From the IMG/VR virus record IMGVR_UViG_3300020576_007607, positions 5,448 through 69,447 of that record: 64,000 nucleotides of DNA. One strand, 5' to 3'. The notes beneath the pieces are model-generated. The model was not told the origin of the DNA. It did not search any database and saw nothing but the letters and a program-made list of their open reading frames with translations. How positions within the stretch are numbered: the first letter of the stretch is position 1; each line of letters opens with the position of its first letter. Made by a program: the position numbers and the translations under genes. Positions 59,901-64,000 of the stretch are shown piece after piece. Origin of the DNA: a virus. Its lineage: Duplodnaviria > Caudoviricetes.

Positions 59901-60248
59901 GGTGGGAGCTGTAAGGCTCGAAATGTCATTGGGTTCCCTGTTGAGGCTGACGGTGACCACTTTCTTGAACTGTGTCCCGTTGGAAGGCTGAATAAGTGCC
60001 GAACCGTAGTTGAGACTGTATATCGATTTAATACTGTTTTCAAGAGTCTTTATCTGAGACTGCAAATAGTTGAAAGAAGGTATGTTCAGCAGAGACGAGG
60101 TAAGTCCCGCAGAGTCGGTAACCTTGACGGCAATCGAACTGTCTGTGGTTTTCATGGCCTGGTCGATGCCGCTTAATATGTTTATGACGTTGGTATTGTA
60201 GTTTACTATCTGATCCGCAACTTGACTGAATGAACTTTGAACTGCCAT
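56949..60248 (-). CDS. 1099-aa probable virion structural protein
   Basis: Size, coiled-coil segments; TAATATATA at 60270-60278. Confidence 0.6.
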   Translation of the reverse strand: MAVQSSFSQVADQIVNYNTNVINILSGIDQAMKTTDSSIAVKVTDSAGLTSSLLNIPSFNYLQSQIKTLENSIKSIYSLNYGSALIQPSNGTQFKKVVTVSLNREPNDISSLTAPTTFVTDKNWIFDGLMNPTLSIELDLTGQIEYNVRKILCRRYIPEFATDTNGNATPLGVQAINSFNALFKSKNSFTLEDYENWHRNTPGLVEPLRPNYDEQMFDLQPNRLEYDGTFTVTQFQDDTLNRKSWYVLDKLSYVRNILQSDGVTYVQQERQLAVGDELIVNVIGASTTRYSIIEISTSQSLPRVRLETIEGFEAPPIGIVGGLKIYSPVIYNKKVRVSIGYNERNVVFVKSLDMDNYILSKNWSKGIGYFTNELINKDNSLSLSDYYSSQVYDYGMVLKDLVAKKTPNVLAGTPNTVVLNSANFKVVRINQHLNPSSNSMDIKAMYNQVQTLKSEITQINDSIQDKNKLIRSTRFTSEAARKQSLNDLDSLNRQRVSKSNLLASVNKQIINTSNLNVAPRNTGVSPEFRLRGFWSIPEAVQTRGTKPQEIIQFRVQYRYLSKDGNESPVETFKLADAPANAASTLKNGAFSNWIEFKSDVRQRLFNAATGTYTWKIEDVSDADTPNINQLDIPIRPNEKVEVRIKSISEVGYPDSPVESDWSETLSVEFPDSLNNVLNETDFILQEASKEDLRVSIQSDLSAKGLDDHLSEQVIVNNINYLHNTDRILSGFKDENGLVLSLLDYLTRLENRVRSLEEKISRVKGELQVVVYRNNVPTVLKNGSETTYIVECEDYIKEKFVSPGVPSGRVYPNNVYVVKEFSVVISNKSQESDLGLLSNRTYDPVSNAQSYNSATPQVFWVNQSDELIVSNTTGVTKTQIDYQYLWSINYDNVNQTTIDKLSENIGNNFVADNNNSLTTVLSSNSYNLGYNENAILSFVGNDLSLTDKRKWIDVSQSAISTNKLLTSVHPMVQELTKIQETNSDKVRTVKGGQENDIVIPIRIYFKLNALDPNRTGADYQYVNLNDPKPPTTHIKKIKFLLENEADNRSFVFSLIFRINRQKKVVSTRDRLGLNDLSVNVNVSAANQAIASAPNNLSANL

Positions 60249-60318
60249 TTGGATGGTTTTATTTTTGATTATATATTAATAATTTCAGGTTCTCAAATCG
60301 ATTTCATACATTTGTTGG

Positions 60319-60798
60319 ATGAATTACATCAAAAAAATAAAATCGATGGGCTTCCGAAAAATCAAACACCCTCTGGTAATCTATGAGGTCAACGATTACG
60401 GCAACAACATCCTTTATTCCGAGATAAAAGAAGCCAACACACTTATAATGGAAAGGACAGTCAAGAACAAAAGAAACCCGACTCAACCGATCCGAATCTA
60501 TGAGATGGGAATCACACTCACCAAAGAAACCATAGACACCCTTTCAACATACGCCTGGAAAGTAAACAGAAACCTGACCATATACCTGACCATACACAAC
60601 CAAGGGTTCACATGTTTCGGGGAAGACACCGAAGCCCCACCTATCATAACCGATGGATTCATATCCCCACACATAGAGAAAAAAGACAAGTTTTTCATAA
60701 TGCAACATGGAAAACTCAGTGAAACCTTTTGGAAGGATATTGTAAACGAGATGCCCTTGAAATACAAAAGGGAAATACTCCTAAATCAGATAATTTAA
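60319..60798 (+). CDS. hypothetical protein with tag REILLNQII
   Basis: TACATTTG at 60307-60314. Confidence 0.7.
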   Translation: MNYIKKIKSMGFRKIKHPLVIYEVNDYGNNILYSEIKEANTLIMERTVKNKRNPTQPIRIYEMGITLTKETIDTLSTYAWKVNRNLTIYLTIHNQGFTCFGEDTEAPPIITDGFISPHIEKKDKFFIMQHGKLSETFWKDIVNEMPLKYKREILLNQII

Positions 60799-62643
60799 AG
60801 ACTGTGACTCCCGTGTAACGTACACATAGGGATCCTCCCTGAAAATATGGTTGACCGAGTTCTCCTCCTCACCGAAACGGCTTTCCACCCACGTCGGGTT
60901 TTCCGGATTTCCCTGATAGGCCCAATCGTTCTTTCCCAACTCCTCAAACCTCTTTTTAATGTCAAGGTTGTAATGCCTCGAAATGCTCCTGACCCTCCTC
61001 TGTATGTCGGCACGGGTCTGGTTCTGGGTGTTGGAATTGTGATAGTACTGTAAATAAAGCATCTTGGGAATCCTGACCATTCTCGTTTTCAGAAAAGTCC
61101 GGACTATCAGCTCATAATCGTCGGCAATCGGAAGCCTCCGGTTGTGGCCCCCTATCGAATGGTAGAAAAACCTGTCCCAGGCCCTGAAATGGTTTGGAAC
61201 CCCGACTATATGGCGTATGGTCTTCGGATTTATGTTCGACGTGTTCATCGCCTTGTAGGTCCTTCCCTGATAAGTCTCATCCCTATACGAACCGTATCCG
61301 AACGAAAATCCGGGTTCGTAGGTTAGTGACTGGTGATTCTCATATATCTCGGCACAGTCGGAATAGACGAATTTGGCGTCGGGATACTTCCTAAAAGCCT
61401 CAACCATCCAATGAACCGCATCATGGGTAAGAGCATCGTCATGGTCGAGCTCCATAAGGTAAATGCCGCTACACAGGGAAGCAGCCCTGTATTTCGACTC
61501 ACCGACAACACCACCGGTCTTTTCCCGAAAATCGTAAACCCTGACACGGGGATCCGATTTGGATATTTCCTGGGCCACACGAAGAGTCTTTCCACCATCA
61601 TTCGAATCGTTGACCAGAACCCACTCCCAATTGGAATACGATTGGTTCCTAACCGACTGATAGGTCCTGACCAGCTTATCTCCGGTATTGAAAATCGGGG
61701 TGAAAAGGCTGACCAAGGGATTGTCCCTGTAGAAAGGATTCAGGATGAAATTCATCGAACACTGATAAGCGGCTTCCCCGACCGAATCGGTCAGGCCGGG
61801 AAAATGGATCCATCTTTTCCTGATGCCATACGGCTGCTTTGAAAGGTTCGGAAAAAGATTCCAAGTCTCACCAACGGTTATCACCGCGTCGGGATCGGAT
61901 TCGGAAAGGACCCGATAGACATCCGAATCGTCGGCACGGCAAACCATATCGAGATGGTCCGACTCATATCCGGCAACCTTGATGGATTTAAGATCGGCCT
62001 CACCCCCGATGAGCAGTACGGTCGGAGACGAACACCAGGTCGGGGAAAGACGGTTGTAATACGACAGGACCCGATTCACAAGGACAAAACTTTCAGGTTC
62101 GGATTTGAACCTTTCCTCTATGAAAAACCCGTCAAACGCGTAAGTGACCTGGAACCTTTCGACGAAATCCCTCCTGACGACAAACTGGGCGGAATCGACA
62201 CCCTGAAACCTCATGTTCTCGGGAATGGCTTCCCTGACATCCAATCCGGTGAAATCCCTTTTCCCGACATCCTGGGAAAAAACTATGGCCTTTTTGCCCT
62301 CAAGATCCATCTTCCCGATTTCCTTCCAGAAATCCGGGTGAAGGATGTTGTCGTCGTCAAGTATGTGAATCCATTCCTCGGGACCGATCTCGGGAAGGAT
62401 CTGGTTTATCATGTCAATCCCGCATGAGTTGTCGGATTCGGATTTCATGAATCTAATCTCGGTCGGGATGTCAGAAGAGTAAAGTCCGGATAATATGTCG
62501 ACATCTATTTCCCTGACGGAGTTCCTGTCGAACAGGACCCACCATCTAACGGATCCGATTTGGTTTTCCGAAATCGAATTCCTAACTTTATCGAGATTGT
62601 GGGGCCTCGTACATCTTGTAATAAGGTTCAGTATCATTTCCAT
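60781..62643 (-). CDS. two-domain GT-A (GT2-like) glycosyltransferase
   Basis: N-terminal HILDDDN; C-terminal SLFTPIFN..WEWVLVNDS..ELDHDD..IADDYEL. Confidence 0.85.
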   Translation of the reverse strand: MEMILNLITRCTRPHNLDKVRNSISENQIGSVRWWVLFDRNSVREIDVDILSGLYSSDIPTEIRFMKSESDNSCGIDMINQILPEIGPEEWIHILDDDNILHPDFWKEIGKMDLEGKKAIVFSQDVGKRDFTGLDVREAIPENMRFQGVDSAQFVVRRDFVERFQVTYAFDGFFIEERFKSEPESFVLVNRVLSYYNRLSPTWCSSPTVLLIGGEADLKSIKVAGYESDHLDMVCRADDSDVYRVLSESDPDAVITVGETWNLFPNLSKQPYGIRKRWIHFPGLTDSVGEAAYQCSMNFILNPFYRDNPLVSLFTPIFNTGDKLVRTYQSVRNQSYSNWEWVLVNDSNDGGKTLRVAQEISKSDPRVRVYDFREKTGGVVGESKYRAASLCSGIYLMELDHDDALTHDAVHWMVEAFRKYPDAKFVYSDCAEIYENHQSLTYEPGFSFGYGSYRDETYQGRTYKAMNTSNINPKTIRHIVGVPNHFRAWDRFFYHSIGGHNRRLPIADDYELIVRTFLKTRMVRIPKMLYLQYYHNSNTQNQTRADIQRRVRSISRHYNLDIKKRFEELGKNDWAYQGNPENPTWVESRFGEEENSVNHIFREDPYVYVTRESQSLNYLI

Positions 62644-62699
62644 TATATTTTGATCCGTATTTTTTGTTTTGAACCAAATTTTTTCCTATATTTGTTTTT

Positions 62700-64000
62700 A
62701 TGATTAAGGAACTCGCATCGAAAATCAGCGCAGCCAACCAGGCATACCGAATCGGAAACCCTATAATGTCCGATTCCGAATACGACCAACTTGTCGACGA
62801 ACTCCGAATTTTGGATCCCGACAACGAAATACTGAACCAAATCGGCCTATCCGTCGCCGACGAATCCCGCAAACGGAAGCTTCCTATTCAGATGAGATCG
62901 ATGAACAAGGTAAAGACCCTTGACGAAATCAAGGATTGGTTCAGGCTAAAAAACATACCCATCCAGACCGATCTGGTCATAACCCCTAAATACGACGGAC
63001 TGTCCCTCTGCGTCAATGAAACCACGGGAGAGGCCTGGACCAGGGGAGACGGTGAGTACGGACAGAAATCCGACGAGCACTACAAACTTATCGGAAACCA
63101 TTTCCATTCCGACGGACACTTTCCTTTCACACATACCTTCGGAGAAGTCATGATGCCGAAGAAAACCTTCGTCGACAAATACTCAAACGACTTCGCCAAT
63201 CCGAGGAACCTGGTAGCCGGACTACTAAACTCGAAAGAGGTGACCGAACCCCTCAAGGATCTCCTGTTCATCAAGTACGGAGTCGATTCGATGACGACCT
63301 ATTTCAAATCGGACATCCTTGACCGTCTCAACGCAGGACAGGAAACCAAGGTCCCTTACGAGGTAATCAAACTCGGGGAAATAAGCGAGGAACACCTCCA
63401 CGGACTGTTCAAGAAATGGTCGGAAGATTTCGAAATCGACGGACTAATAATAGAGGTGAACAACATGTCCCTACAGGACAGCCTGGGAAGGGAAACATCC
63501 TCAAACAATCCCTGTTGGGCGAGAGCATACAAATCACCACAGTTCGAGCAGACCGCCGAGACCGAAATCATAGGAATCTCATGGAACATATCGAAACAGG
63601 GATATCTGAAGCCGACCCTTCACGTCAATCCGGTCAAACTGGACGGGGTGACGGTTTCCAACGTGACCGGAAACAATGCCAGGTTCGTAAAGGATCTCGG
63701 ATTGGGAGTCGGAGCCAAGGTTCTCATCAAGCGTTCGGGAATGGTAATACCGATCATATACGAGGTTACATCGCCGGTCGAATTCCAAATGCCGACCATC
63801 CCAAACATCACATGGAACGATAACGGGGTTGAACTGATGACCATCGGGGAAACCGAGGACCAGAAGTTCAAGCAGCTGGTATCGTTTTTCGAAATCCTGG
63901 AATGCGACAATTTCGGCGAAGGTGTGATCTCACAGCTTTGGGAATCGGGATACAAAACCGTGAAGGACATAGTAAGCCTGACCAAATCCGATTTGGAGAA
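62700..64000 (+). CDS. ligA: NAD-dependent DNA ligase (partial, runs off the window)
   Basis: AY..G.PIMSD.EYD, PKYDG, TRGDGEYG, FGEV, NPRNLVAG, EIDGLII, RAYK, W.ISK.G.LKP; TATATTTG at 62687-62694. Confidence 0.93.
   Translation, partial: MIKELASKISAANQAYRIGNPIMSDSEYDQLVDELRILDPDNEILNQIGLSVADESRKRKLPIQMRSMNKVKTLDEIKDWFRLKNIPIQTDLVITPKYDGLSLCVNETTGEAWTRGDGEYGQKSDEHYKLIGNHFHSDGHFPFTHTFGEVMMPKKTFVDKYSNDFANPRNLVAGLLNSKEVTEPLKDLLFIKYGVDSMTTYFKSDILDRLNAGQETKVPYEVIKLGEISEEHLHGLFKKWSEDFEIDGLIIEVNNMSLQDSLGRETSSNNPCWARAYKSPQFEQTAETEIIGISWNISKQGYLKPTLHVNPVKLDGVTVSNVTGNNARFVKDLGLGVGAKVLIKRSGMVIPIIYEVTSPVEFQMPTIPNITWNDNGVELMTIGETEDQKFKQLVSFFEILECDNFGEGVISQLWESGYKTVKDIVSLTKSDLE

Noticed and set aside
1-64000. 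Genome-wide stop-codon reassignment suggested by the UGA in the release factor
   Set aside because: Multi-kb genes are open in code 11, Trp is TGG, and TGA ends many genes cleanly (for example 1884, 19830, 22584, 29816); TAG also terminates (39041).

Overview
A 64-kb, densely coding segment of a jumbo/huge tailed phage that very probably infects a Bacteroidota host. The evidence is host-type TAnnTTTG promoters, no Shine-Dalgarno motifs, a T9SS type-B substrate gene, UvsX/RecA, gp46/SbcC, RuvC, LigA and very large structural genes. The standard genetic code is used. Besides recombination, nucleotide and RNA-repair enzymes and four free-standing homing-type endonucleases, five things stand out. 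(1) A leucine module at 7.7-9.65 kb: a tRNA-Leu(UAA) interrupted by a very small (179 nt) group IC3 intron, then a Leu-rich leader peptide with an attenuator, a 36-aa LeuRS N-terminal remnant, and a minimal 427-aa LeuRS lacking editing, leucine-specific and C-terminal domains. (2) An RF1-like release factor gene split by one in-frame UGA-C. (3) Two mutually exclusive peptide tags on otherwise unrelated proteins: an N-terminal M-(K/R)-x-(I/L)-(K/R)-x-F/Y-(N)-E tag on about 15 mostly late genes, and an R-(D/E)-x-(K/N)-(I/L)-x-x-(I/L)-(I/L) helix at or near the C-terminus of 18 small proteins. (4) Two promoter classes, TAATATATA and TAnnTTTG, that largely partition these gene sets. (5) A phage-encoded T9SS-secreted surface protein. 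All calls are by eye from the sequence and ORF track; no database searches or folding programs were run.
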